Shown here piece after piece: positions 40,101-52,803 of a DNA stretch of 64,000 nucleotides (positions are counted from its first letter, which is position 1; every line of letters begins with the position of its first letter). Source of the DNA: Mytilus edulis (taxonomy: Eukaryota); NCBI RefSeq assembly GCF_963676685.1, contig NC_092344.1, positions 64,790,001 to 64,854,000 of the forward strand. The letters run 5' to 3'. A program made the position numbers and the translations under genes. A model generated the notes under the pieces. That model saw only the letters and a list, made by a program, of their open reading frames with translations. It searched no databases and was not told the DNA's origin.

Positions 40101-43100
40101 TTTAAAACTAATGGTTTCAGCTACGTCTTTTAAATAAAACAAAAAATGATTCATTTCACTTCAGTTTTGAAAGTAATTTATTGCATTGATTATTTTTGCT
40201 GTGGTCGCATCATACGTTAGTCATCACCTAAATTATATTCAAACTACATGTAGCTAAATGAAAATATAAATACTCAATTAGTTTTTAAAATCCGTTAAAA
40301 ATAAAAGACTGATAACATTGGCAAAACATGTAAATCACTGAATGCTAGTATTGTAATCATAAGAAGAGTATGAACTTTTACAATGTAATACGATACTAAT
40401 TCATTGAAACTTTTGTTCTGATCTTCAGGTAGCCGGGTTGGAGTCCCGAAGATTGGCATCATATTAACAGATGGCAGATCGAATTCACAATATTCAACAA
40501 TATCTGCTGCCAACGCCGCCAGAAGGAAGGGAATCGAGTTGTTTAGTATTGGAATCGGTAGTAGTGTCAATACTATAGAACTGAAAGGAGTAGCAAATGA
40601 TCCAGACAGTATGTTTTACTTCAGTGTCCACAATTTCAAAGCGTTGCAGTCAATTGGGAGTAGATTAGCCTCAGAAACATGTCAGAGTATGTAAATATAC
40701 ACAAAGTTAATATTGATATTTTAAGATTTAACTGCTCTTTATGTAAAAGCGAAATTGTGTTTTTTATTTCCTTATAAAAATCATAATTACTTATGCACTG
40801 AATCTAATCTCGTTTGTGTTGTGTTTGAAATTGGGTTAAGAAAGTAACAGACCGAGTTTTATTCATATTTAGATATGAAGCGAAATATACTTCATAGCAC
40901 TTTTTGTGTGTGATGCTCTTGAACGTTTATAATTTTTGTTTTTGATTCTCGAGCTTGACTTGATGATTGTTGTTCACGGAAGGGGTCTGATGTGATGCGC
41001 ATATACTTTATTTTATAATTATCACTTGTTGTATACAGAAGCTTTAGTTCTGAATATAACAAAAGAGTGGCGAAAGATACCAGAGGGACAATCAAACTCA
41101 TAGATAAAGAAAAATGTGTCCCCTGTACACGGATGCCCCACTCGCACTATCATTTTTTATGTTCAGTTGACCGTGAAATTTGGATCAAAACTCTTATTTG
41201 GCATTAAAATTAGAAAGATCATACCATAAGGAACATGTGTACTAAGTTTCAAGCTGATAGGACTTCAACTTCATCAAAAACTACCTTGACCAAAAACTTT
41301 AACCTGAAGAGGAACGAACGGACGAACGGACGAACAGACGAACGAACAGACGGACGGAAGAACGGACGTACAGACCAGAAAACATAATACCCCTCTACTA
41401 TCGTAGGTGGGGCATACAAAAACTGACAACGACATGGCTAAAAATGAAAAAGGCAAACAGACATATAATAGTACAAAAGATACGACATAGAAAACTAAAG
41501 ACTAAGCAACATGAGCCCCACCAAAAATTGGGGTGATCTCATGTGCTCCAGAAGGGTAAGCAACTACCCCTTAAAAGAGTAAGTGCTATATTTTCAAGAA
41601 TGTATATTAGATTTTTCTTCTGTATCATTGAACACATTTACCATAATTAATACTTAACAAAGTTTCTCAATAGTTTTTAACATCGTTTCACCTTTTGTTT
41701 GGATACAGTGTATACATTTTGCACGAATATACATATTTATGTATAAATTGAGCGGTTGAAGATGATGTTAATGATAATTCAAAAGTTATTCAATGAAAAG
41801 CCAACAGTAAACTTTACATAAAAAAAAATCAATACTTATATTTAAAAAAATAATAAAAATTATGATAATTATAATTTCATTCGTTTAAACGGGCAGTGCA
41901 TTAGAATGAAATTAATTTCTCCTGGGTGTTTCATCATATGTAGCATAGAGGGCGTAATGTTTTCCCGCTTCAAAATTATTTTCGCAGTATTTTATTGCCT
42001 ATGTAATCATTCAGCACGACATCGTCAATCTGAGCAGTCGAATGTTCTTGGTAAATTTTAATTCTGGTTAAAGTTTATTAAGCTTTTATTTGGAGAATTT
42101 TTGTTTGATACTGATGTTTGAATTATATATTATATGTGGAGATATATATGTATGAATTATGTTTATTTCTTATTAAATATAGAGCATCGGCGTTGTCGTG
42201 CGACTATCCACTTTACAAAGTCTTTGGTATTTATTATAGCCTTTTATGGCGTGTATATTCAGAGTGTATATGTATGCTTGGATATTTGGTACAAGTATTG
42301 GTTATACTTGGATATTTGGTACAAGTATTGATTATACTTGGTTATTTGGTGCAAGTATTGGTTCTATGTCTACATTGATGGGTGGTTTATACCAGGAGAA
42401 TAATAAATCTAATGATTACGATTTTGTTTCAGATCTTGACCCGATAATTGGTAAGTGTTTTCTTTTCATATATATGATTACAAACATTTTGAATCATTAG
42501 ACACATTTTATATTCCAAGTGTTTCATCTTACTGGAAGCTTCAACGTGATTCATGGTGATAGTAAATTAAAACAAGAACAACGTCACTATGTAAAATTTT
42601 ATTTTCATTATAAAACACCACCCTTGGAATCAATTATTTTAACAGAAGAAAAAAGAGAATTGTCAACACATGTCATAAATTGAATTTATTAAATCATCTC
42701 TTCGAAAAGAGTACAACTTTTATCTTTTAAGCTGTTATGAGTTTGATAGTTGTAACCTTAATTGGGATATGCTTGAAAATATTTGTCATCTTAGTTTTAT
42801 TAAGTTTCCTCTTATTAAAAGGTTGCAAAGCTGGTGCTGATATAGTATTCCTCGTTGATAATTCTGGAAGTGTTGGTTCAAGCAACTTCAATACCACCTT
42901 GATGTTTATTTCTGATATTGTTAACGGTCTAAATATCGGCAAAGAGAAAGACAAATTCCAGTTGGGAGTTCTAACATTTCATACTCCAGTAAAGGCAGAA
43001 TTTAATCTTGACGAATATCAGGATAAACAAGACATACAGAAAGCCATTATGGAAATCACATACGAAGGAGGTGGTACAAATACAGGAGGAGCTATTAAAT

Positions 43101-46100
43101 ATTTACACACAACAGCATTCTCGAGGACTTCAGGTATAGTTGCTTTTTCTAAGCAAACCATGATCTTAATCATTTTCAAAATGATCGTGTAATTGATTTT
43201 AATTTCATGTCTTTTCCAATTGTATATAAATTAAAAAAAAAGGTTTGAATGAATGATTTATTTTCTCACAAACCATATATATATAATCACATGATTAATA
43301 AACAATCAGTTATAGTTGTTTAAACAAGAAGATAGACTTTCACAGAAATATATTTGACAAATCTACACAGTTTCTAAAGTTCAACAGAATTTTGGATTGA
43401 ATATACTTGTTCGGATTGGGTATCATTCTCTATTTGACATTCGTTAAAGTGCTCTTGATTGATATTCTTTTTAACAAAAAATGACAATGCTTTAATTTTG
43501 ACATATTTTGTTTCTATTACAAAAAGAAAAAGATGAATAATTTAATGCAAAGATAAGCAGCAAATCAACACCAGTTTAAAAAATATGTAAATAACGGAAT
43601 TGAGCCGTTATTATTGTTATTTGGTTATACTTTTAGTACTCACGTAAGAAACCGTTAATGTTATCAAAAGTTCTAGGCTTATGATTTAATACACCAGACG
43701 CGCGTTTCGTCTACATAAATCTCATCAGTAACGCTCAGTTCAAAATAGTTGTAAAGAGCTAACAAACTGTAAAGATAGCACACCATGATTTGGTCAGAGT
43801 TATTTAGAATATTTCAAAACTCCTACAGACAAAAGTGAGGTATATTGTCACCTAATCAATGTTTGTATGCACCATTTATTAGCATTATGTTTTCTGTTCT
43901 GTGCGTGTGTTCGTCTGTTTGTTCGTCCGTCCGTTCGTTTGTCCGGCTTTCTCGCTTCAGGTTAAGGTTTTTGGTCTAGGTAGTTTTAGATGAAGTTGAA
44001 GTCCAATCAACCTGAAACTGAGTACATATGTTCACTATGATATGATCGTTTTAATTGTAATACCATATAAGACTCTTTACCCCGTTTTCAAGGTCCACTG
44101 AACATAGAAAATGATAATTCGGTTTGGGCATCCGTTTACTATGGACACATTCTTGTTTATCATGTTTTTACCTGAGTTTGGATTAAACACTCAAATTGAA
44201 ATGAAATTGTGAAAATTGGGACTTGCATGCATTTATTTCATATTTATGTTACATTTTCGTTTTATTTTCGTATCAGGGCATAGACCTGGCTATCCAATGA
44301 TTGGAATATTAATAACAGATGGGTATTCATCAAACAAGGCAGAAACTCGAAAGGAATCAATGAACGCCCGGTTGAAGGGCATCAAAATGTTTTCCATAGG
44401 AATTGGTAATGCCATTGACACGACGGAACTTGAAAGTGTTGCTAGCGAACCAAAAAGTCAGTTTGTTTTCACTGCTGCAAGTTTCAAATTATTGAAATCT
44501 ATTGAATCATTATTGCTGAGTAAGACATGCGAAGGTACGTGTTTAAATGATATGAAAATGTTTACATATTTGCCAGTCTATCAGAAGATGAACTATATGT
44601 CAAATCAACTACTAATATGTGTTGTTTCAGAATCCGAAATACATATACAAAACAAATTAGATAATTAAGTTAACTAATTTTTTTTATTTGTAGTAGATAA
44701 AAAAGTGCAAGCGTCGGTAATTTTTTAATATACTAAAAGTTATTAAGATCTCTGTAGTTCAGATATCATTAGCATAGTTAAACACTTATGCTCATGAACC
44801 GATTGAAAGTTAAAACAAAATCAAGGAGCATTGAAAATAGAAGCGTCAATTTGCATCTGAACGTGATCTAATATAATTGAATTAAAAACATTAAGTTTTT
44901 CTTAGTGTTGGAAAAGTAATTTATATTCAGATTTTTAACTCAAGCTGGCTGTTGATTCAGATTTATTTGGTCACTTTTAAGCATTGTGGTTCTAGTGTTT
45001 ATCTGAAAAAGACTCGAAGTTGAACAATAAAATTATAGAAGTGTCAACTAATGTGTTCACTTGATTGATTTATTATAAATTGGACAATATTAATTTTAGC
45101 ATTAAACAAAACGGCAAAACGATCGAAATAAACATTAAATTTAAAACGTTTATACATTGTTTCATGAAGGGTATTTTTGAATAGCCAATCATAAACTATA
45201 TTTAAAATTCATGCCTGATTCATTTAATTTCAGTTGCTGATATCAGTGAGTATTCATAAATTATAATAATGAAACAATTGCATACCGTTGAAACTTATAA
45301 AACAAATGGTTTTCAACATGACAAAAGGATGTCTTTAGCTGATAGACAAAATGTTTACAGCCAATCAGAAGATGTGTTAAGCCAAAATTAAATAATTGGC
45401 TCGTTATTCCGGAAACTCAATTGTAATCAATTGCACACATGTCATATGCATGGTATATAATAGATGTGAAAATAAAATGTATTCCAAATTGTTATTAATT
45501 TACCCTTCTGATAAATTTAGACGCACAAAATGTATAAATTTTATACTTTATTCTTTTATTTTTTCAAGTGATGCACATTAATATATGTAAGACTTAGTAT
45601 TGTCTTTCGATTCAGCTTGTTGGGGGAAAACAGACATTGTATTTCTACTCGAGGATTCCTGTCATATCGGAGAGACGAATTTCAATAAAATGTTACAAAT
45701 GGTTATAAACCTTGCGGAAGAAGTCCCAATTGGTAACGGAAATATTCAGATTGGTGTCAATACTTTCAAATGTACTGCTAAATCAGAATTTGTACTTGGA
45801 AAGTACAAAACTGGAAATGATATCATCAAAGCTGTCCAGAGAATTAAATACACAGGTGGAAAAGTGTCTATTGGCAAGGCTATTGAATACACCAGAAAGA
45901 ACAGTTTTCCAGGTCTTTATTTAACTCATCTATAAAGAGCTATCTGAACTTTATGTAATTTAACTCTTTAACAAGACATGATCTCAAAATGCATTAGGGA
46001 ACAACATGTATAACATAATATTTGAATTCCGAAGCAACTATTAATTTATCATTTTGTATTTCAATTTATATCATTAAATGTACTTTTTCTAAATAGAAAT

Positions 46101-47087
46101 ACACATTTGGTTCATATTGGCAAATTATCATTCCTTTCCAATTTTTTTTTGCAATATCGTAATTTCTACATTACTAGTTCGATGAACAACTAAACAAATA
46201 TATAAGCGGACATATTGATGACTGTTGTACCCCATATTTTAACCATGTCATACTTTTAAAAATGCCGATACCAAGTCAGGAATATGACAGTTGTTGTCCA
46301 TTCGTTTGATGTGTTTTATCATTTGATTTTGCAATTTGATTAGGGACTTTCTGTTTTGAATTTTCCTCAGAGTTCAGTTTTTTTTTTACTTTACTTTTTT
46401 CAGATTTGTTAGTTCGGACAAATGACACAAATTAAACTTAATTCTTAATTATAACTCTTGAAAATTATGCTTTCTTCTTATAAAAAGAAATTGTTGATAA
46501 CAATTTTCTTTTTTTAAACAGAAAATCGCAGTAAAGCGAGGAAACTGATGATTATTCTAACAAATGGATCTGACAAGGCTCTATCAAAAACACTAGGAGA
46601 AGCCCAAAAAGCGAGAAACAGTAACATAAAGATTATGGTAATAGGAATCGGCGATTATACCCATCAAGATTGTCTCCAGGGAATGGCAACAGTACCGCAT
46701 GATAAATACGTATTTTCCCAAGACAGTTTTGATCCTCTGAGAAATATGAGAGATGTTTTAATACAAAGAAAATGCTCTGGTGAGTACTAGAACTTATCTG
46801 TCTTTCCCATTGACATATTTTAACAGCTCTTAAATACCTACAAATCTGTTCACCTAAACAAAGGTTACACGTATTCGGAACATTGTACGAAATATAATAT
46901 GCTTATATATATACCAAACACATGCATCGGTAAAAAGGTTGATATAATTTTCATTGATTGGAATCTTTTTAAAAAAAATTTTAAAATCTCCAATGTTTAC
47001 AGTCGTGTTATTAATCACTGGTATATTAATCATAATATAATGCTATATATAATCTGATTTTGACATTTTTCTTTTATTTCAGCATAG
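37176..47087 (+). CDS. Secreted protein: signal peptide, Tyr-rich N-terminus, Thr/Ser-rich repeats, three von Willebrand factor A domains (matrilin/collagen VI/PTMP-like vWA), 706 aa
   Basis: Exons 37176-37224, 38141-38488, 39643-39948, 40429-40686, 42433-42450, 42822-43133, 44277-44534, 45234-45245, 45616-45912, 46522-46779, 47083-47087 (GCA TAG). All introns are phase 1 GT-AG; total 2121 nt = 707 codons. vWA motifs: DIIFVLDSSGS...ILTDGRS, DIVFLVDNSGS...LITDGYS, DIVFLLEDSCH...ILTNGS. AATAAA at about 47139. The donor after 45912 (gtcttt) is weak. Confidence 0.87.
38197..38454 (+). repeat. Coding tandem repeat (one 84-bp and two 87-bp units) encoding a Thr/Ser-rich mucin-like spacer
   Basis: 38281-38367 and 38368-38454 differ at one base (MTTGHTTEDISASTVTMNPSS[I/F]GTSNSNY); 38197-38280 is a more diverged unit. 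Confidence 0.9.
41060..41562. mobile_element. Penelope-like tail fragment interrupted by a nested HINE-like element (~41108-41420)
   Basis: gcgaaagataccagagggacaatcaaactcatagat resumes as aaactgacaacgacatggctaaaaatg after an insert with a tgtgtcc..tacacggatgcccca hairpin, a (gacg/gaac)n microsatellite and a cccctctac..gtaggtggggcata end. Confidence 0.8.
42279..42362. repeat. 30-bp tandem repeat (about 3 copies) gatatttggtacaagtattg.ttatacttg
   Basis: Directly visible. Confidence 0.85.
43691..43734 (-). ncRNA. Minimal type I hammerhead ribozyme motif, best-preserved copy (intact CUGAUGA/GAAA core, weakened stems)
   Basis: Minus strand: gcgtta-CTGATGA-gatttatgtagac-GAAA-cgcgcg-TC-tggtgt, with a palindromic stem III (cgcgcg) and a GUC cleavage triplet. 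Confidence 0.65.
43870..44158 (-). mobile_element. HINE-like element, inverted relative to 41108-41420
   Basis: cattatgttttctg...(gtcc/gttc)n...ttcaggttaaggtttttggtc.aggtagttt...gggcatccgtttactatggacacattcttgtt is the reverse complement of the 41108 copy. Confidence 0.78.
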
Positions 47088-48155
47088 CTTTTACTGTTAG
47101 AGTTGAAATGGATAGTTTGACCTATGTTACCAGAAAAAAATAAAATATTAACGCTGTGAAAATTAAAGTCAATTTTAAAAATTATGCTTCTTTAAAAATA
47201 TTTATTGTTTTTTGGGGAGGATACGGAAGTAAATATGACATGTGTCCATTTTAGCCCATTTGTAAAAGGTGTCCAAAACATCACAATGAAAAATCTTGTA
47301 AACCACCTATGACGGACACTCTACATGTACCTACCAATACAAATACATTTAACATTTTACATAAAAACAAGTTAAGCCATTTCAATCGATATTTTATAGC
47401 GTGTCTGTTTATGTTGTAATGTTACACTACTGTCTCAGGTTTGAGTGAAGGATGGCGCTTGTAAAAGTTTAAACACGCTGCTTATTAATACACCTGTCCC
47501 CAGTACGGAGCCTACTGGTCAGTGGTTGTCGTTTGTTTTTGTTGTTCATAAGTCGTTCTTGTTTCTCGTTTTTCATAAAGATTATACAGTTGGTTTTCAT
47601 GTTTGAATTGTTTTACACTTTATAGCTTACTCTTTAGTGCCAGCCAAGACTCCGTGTTGAAAGCCGTGCGTCGACCTATGTTTTTTTACTTATTATTTCA
47701 TTGTCGATTATCAAGTAATGAGACAGAATCAGAACGAGAAGAAGAACAAATATATATATACTAATAACCGTAATATGTCTACATGACAACATACAGTCTT
47801 CGCCATCTGGAGTTGATTGACAGTTATGAATTATCCGTGTCATAAATTGCCACTTATATATTCTAGATGTCAATACAACCATCCCGTCTCTTTTCCTCGA
47901 TTGTACCATAGACGAATGGGACATTTCACCAGATTCGTATTTGAATGATCGACACAAATGTGTTACATGTGGCGAAAAAACTGTTTATTTTTCCGGACAC
48001 TTTAGTTTTTCGCCGTTTTTGTGTGTGGTTTGTATTGTTCAATTTATAGTTTTCGTTGAAGTGTTTTGAAAACTTGTTCGCCCTTTCATCTTTTTCATTT
48101 GATGCCAAAGCGTTGTCAAATTGTCTTTAGTTTATTAGCTTTTAATATATCTTAA

Positions 48156-48700
48156 GGAGGCTCGAGGGTACAAAAAAATCAGCAAAAATTTAAACAGTTT
48201 TTTTTCATTACAAATTTTATTTACTTTATTAGTTGTTACTTTATCATATGGTATAAAATCAACCAAACAAATCAAGATGACTTTTAAAATGTACTTATAA
48301 TTGAAAAAAACCTCAAAATTACCTCCTTTTGGTGCAAAAATGCTATTGTTTGGCATTAGAATTGAAATATCTTTTTCAACCCGTCGCTGACCTATATTTT
48401 TTATTATTTTTTTTTCAAATAAGCTGTACTTAAACTAAACTATAGTAAAATTTAAGGGATTTCTGCAATTAAGTCATTTTTTTTATTTCGATATTACTCT
48501 ATTTCTCTTATTAGTTTAATAGAAAAATAGGATCTAAACAAAAATGTATGCTTCTTTCGGAGACAGATTGTAAGCCTAAATGGACGGTGATCCCGTTTTT
48601 TTATTTCATTTTTCAATTAAGTATATGATAAAGTTCATTTATAGAAAAATATAGCGAAATCCTATTTAAAAAAAACAATGATTTATACCTGCGAGCCCCC
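48156..48700. mobile_element. Non-autonomous TIR element with TTAA TSD (Kolobok-like)
   Basis: TTAA|ggaggctcgagggtac...tacctgcgagccccc|TTAA; second copy at 56594-57918. Confidence 0.85.
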
Positions 48701-48767
48701 TTAATTATAATCCGCCTCTTGTTTCATCAACAAACATGTAGCTCTTCCACTGCATCGAATGTGATAA

Positions 48768-48869
48768 GATATGTATCCACTCGAGACAATTAAGTTTTCA
48801 AATTTAAAACGCAAGGCTCGCCGAGCGTTTTAAATATTTATACTTTAACTGTCGGAGTGGACACATATC
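48768..48869. repeat. Imperfect palindrome (centre of a foldback/Crypton-like element)
   Basis: gatatgtatccactcgagacaattaa...tttaaaacgc-aaggctcgccga-gcgttttaaa...ttaactgtcggagtggacacatatc. Confidence 0.7.
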
Positions 48870-49397
48870 GTATTGCACGAGAGTTGGTGGCGGTGAAATC
48901 TTTTTCTTAAATGTTTTTTAGACGATAGGCAAACAATCTTAATACATCTTGTCGAACGATCTGCAAAAAAAGGTGTTTTTTCTATGTTAAGTCATCCGTC
49001 ATAGTCAGTTTTTTTTACATGGCTTCACAATAGGAATTTCAAAGGAAAGCAAGAAATTTTGACATCATTATCGAATCGAATGTTGACCAATGAAGAGCTG
49101 ATATCAAACAAACCACACGTTAATTAATTGCAAATAATCAGCTGAAGAAAAATCATCTAGGAATGAGATGAAGGTTTTTTTATTTATGTCAAGCTATAAA
49201 TAGCACTTAGTTAATACATAGACTAACAATAATCTGCAATCAAAATCAAAGTCTTTATAATTCAAATCCAAAAAATAATGAAACTATTGTTTTATGATTA
49301 AAGATAACCACCGACGACGTTCCTGACTGGGGACTCAATATCAAACGTATAGTTGGGTTAAACTAGTGGTGTTCTCTAAATAAATAAATAATTATTT

Positions 49398-50862
49398 ACG
49401 AAAGAGGGACAAAAGATACCAGAGGGACATCAAACTAAAAAATCGAAAATAAACAGACGAATTCATGGCTAAAAAAAGACATACAGACAAATAATAGTAC
49501 ACAAAACACAACATAGAAAACTAATGACTAAGCAACACGAACCCCACAAAATACTGGGGTGATCTCAGGTGCTCAGGAAAGGTAAGCAGATCCTGCTCCA
49601 CATTTGACACCCGTCGTGTTGCTCATGTTAATTCAAACCCGGTAAATAGTCTAATTCGGTAGGTAACATTCGTGAAAAGGGAACAACGATATGTGGTCAA
49701 CTAACGTGTGATGTCTTCCGTAAAATTTACGATGGGATGACTTCAACTTAACCATTTGGAACTCTTGGTTTTATAGCTTACTCGTGAGCAGCAACCCCTT
49801 ATCAAGGAAATCATGATAGAAAATACAAGCCCAGGAATATTATATCAATAAGGAGATATATACTCCGTATGCAGGCGCTGCTGCCCTCATTGCCAATTTC
49901 TAGATGTAAGTCAAGTTATGAGACAGACTTATTTGTATCTGTTGTATACTTTATCTCTAGTTCGATGGGATAGATGCTTTTAACATAGTCACCAAATTTT
50001 GAATATTCAGTGAGAGAAAATCAAATATATAGCAGGAAAGAAATGTTTAATGATATTGCTAACTTCTTTTGTTTCTTCCTGAGAAGTTCTTGTATGTAGC
50101 CAGCCTAATAGAATAAAGGAACAAATCGGCAAGAAGAGGGTATAATTGGTTTCTCATAGGAATGACGATATTTTATTGGAAAATACGTCCTCCAAACGTA
50201 ACAAATATGTTGTCTAACAAGAAATCAAGCATCTTGATAATGTCAGTTTCAGAGATTTTTTTCTTTTAATCAGATTGATTCTTTACATAATAGATTAATC
50301 CTCCATATACAAGATACTTGTATCTAGGTAGGCCATTTTTATGAAACAAAGCAGTACCAACTCTTTCAATTTGTCTTTTAATTTGGAATTGGGAATACTT
50401 GTGTAAAGTGTAGACAAGTCAAATGATTTAATACTATTGCAAGATGAAAGAGTCTTAGATTGTATGTACTCTAAAAGATCTTTGGAATTTTTAATATCCA
50501 AATTTGATTCAGGCCACCTCAAGAGTAGGCAGTTTCACAATACCATTGAAGCTCGACTACGATTGCTGATAAAATAGATGTTAATAATTTAGAAAGAAGT
50601 TTATTGGAGTACTTGGAAGACCCAGCAATACACAGTTGTTTGTCAGGACACTTATGTAGTTTAGGTACCCAATACAGCGATGTAAGTTCTTCATCTTCGG
50701 TTGAAATGCCAAAGGAACATATAACAGACCACGATTTCCTCTTTGGTATGTGTCGTGGGGGTATATATTGAGTTTCCATGTGAATTGTCAATATCTAATT
50801 CATTTATCATGCAGTTTATGTAATTAGATTAACACATAAAAACGATGTTGTTAAGGGCTTTA
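49398..50862 (-). pseudogene. Decayed Penelope-like retroelement (RT domain remnants and 3' tail)
   Basis: ORFs 50519-50791 (LYWVPKLHKCP..Q..IAGSSK.S.K.LSKLLT) and 50295-50522 (NSKDLLE...SIKSFDLSTLYTSIP..KLK) are PLE RT motifs; MLDFL.DNIFVTFGGR.FQ remnants follow, with frameshifts and stops. Confidence 0.85.
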
Positions 50863-52271
50863 TACAAATATAATGCGTAATTCAAATGTTTTCTTTGTTT
50901 TCAATATGGATCAGTTGTCTTATAAGAGAAAACCAAAAATTTACAAACAAATAAACAAACAAAGAACATGCAAATTTACCCAACCGAACTCAGAGTACTT
51001 GAAATGAAGCAAGACTGTTTTACATACTCTAATAAAGGGAGGTTTTATACAGCAGTATCTTAATATCATCATATTATATTGACCACACGCTTAACTCTGA
51101 ACTATACAAGAACCAATTACAAGGAGTATATGTAAGTAGGTTTATTCGTCTGGTATTTAATGTTCGATTGTAAAGTTTAATGCAGCATTTTTAATGTATT
51201 CATATTACAAACAAGCATAAGATTATTCAAAATAATTCCTATGAATATTTACATTATAACAAGGTGTTAATTTACTTTAGTTGTTGCAATTTTGGTATTT
51301 GCTTTATTTGTGAATTGACAAGTTAAACAGTTTATACAGGAATTTGATGTTTGACTTGCATTTGTCTTTCAATTATATTGTATAACTTGATTGATTCATT
51401 TATTAATCCATTTAAACCATATGCGTTTTAAAAAGATGTCTTGGAAAATAATATTGAGGATGTTACTTATGTCATCTGTGATCGTTTGTTTAGTAAAATA
51501 CACTTCGAAAAATAGTAATCCGGGTCACAAACTAAAGTCATATGACACTTCAAATTAATAAAAAAAAAAATGTTTTTATTTTTTATACGTGAATGACCAT
51601 GTTTTACTATTAAACAGGTGCACATGAACATATTGTTAACGATATTAAGCTGTTTTAACACAATTATGACCTCGTAATGTTCAGAATCAGTTCTTAGATA
51701 TAACTGTTTAGAATATTTCAAACTGTTAAAAGAACACTTCTTATTAACTTAAATAAAAGCAGCTATATGAACGTGAGAACAGAGTCCGCTGGGTTTTCGT
51801 TTACTAGTATTTGTAATAATATTTAGGCCATGAGAAGTATCTGAAAATTACGGCAACAGTAGTATACCTGTGTTCAAAGGACATAAATCTATTGAGAGAA
51901 AACAAATCGGGGTTACAAACTAAAACCAAGGGAAACACATCAACTATAAGAGAAATATAAAACGAACAACAGGAACACTGTAGTGAACCAAAAAAAACCC
52001 AACCCAAACCTGTAAGTATTAAGCAAAAATAAAACATTATATTTAGATAAACTCTTATACAGGTCAATGAGCACCATGGTGATGTAAATTATGGTTAAAC
52101 GATTTGGATTACACCAGACTATACCATCACACATAAGTGCGTTTAAACAATGTAGAAAGAAAATTAAGAAAACAAAAACTCATGAAGAAATATAATATGT
52201 TTTACTTACAACAATGCAATTATGATGCATAAGAAATAAAACAAATATTTAATTGATTTAAGAAGTATTAT

Positions 52272-52338
52272 TAGTTATCAAAGGTACCAGGATTATAATT
52301 TAATATGCCAGATGCGCGTTTCGTCTACATAAGACTCA
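52272..52338 (-). repeat. Truncated hammerhead-bearing repeat
   Basis: Minus strand: TGA-gtcttatgtagac-GAAA-cgcgca-TC-tggcat...cctggtacctttgataact; the CTGA half of the core is lost at the junction. Confidence 0.65.
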
Positions 52339-52367
52339 AGTATGAAACAGATGGAAGTGTTAGGACA

Positions 52368-52803
52368 GGGAGGCATTGGCATGCCACAAAACCAGGTTTG
52401 ATCCACCATTTTTTCCTTTAAAAATGTCCTGTACCAAGTCAGGAATATGGCAATTGTTATATTATAGTTCGTTTCTGTGTGTGTTACATTTTAACGTTGT
52501 GTTTCCGTTATGTGGTTTGTTCTCTCTTATTTTTGAGTGTGAATTCACATTACTATAAGACGTGTCACGGTACTCATGTATCCCAAATTCATGTATTTGG
52601 TTTTGATGTTATATTTGTTATTCTCATAGGATTTTGTCTAATGCTTAGTCCGTTTCTGTGTGTGTTACATTTTAATATTGTGTCGTTGTTCTCCTCTTAT
52701 ATTTAATGCGTTTCCCTCAGTTTTAGTTTTTTACCCCGAATTTGTTTTTTGTCCATTAATTGATGAGTTTTGAATAGCGGTATACTACTGTTACCTTTAT
52801 TTA
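52368..52803 (+). mobile_element. SINE-like interspersed repeat, same family as 34380-34797
   Basis: Colinear high similarity along its length. Confidence 0.72.
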
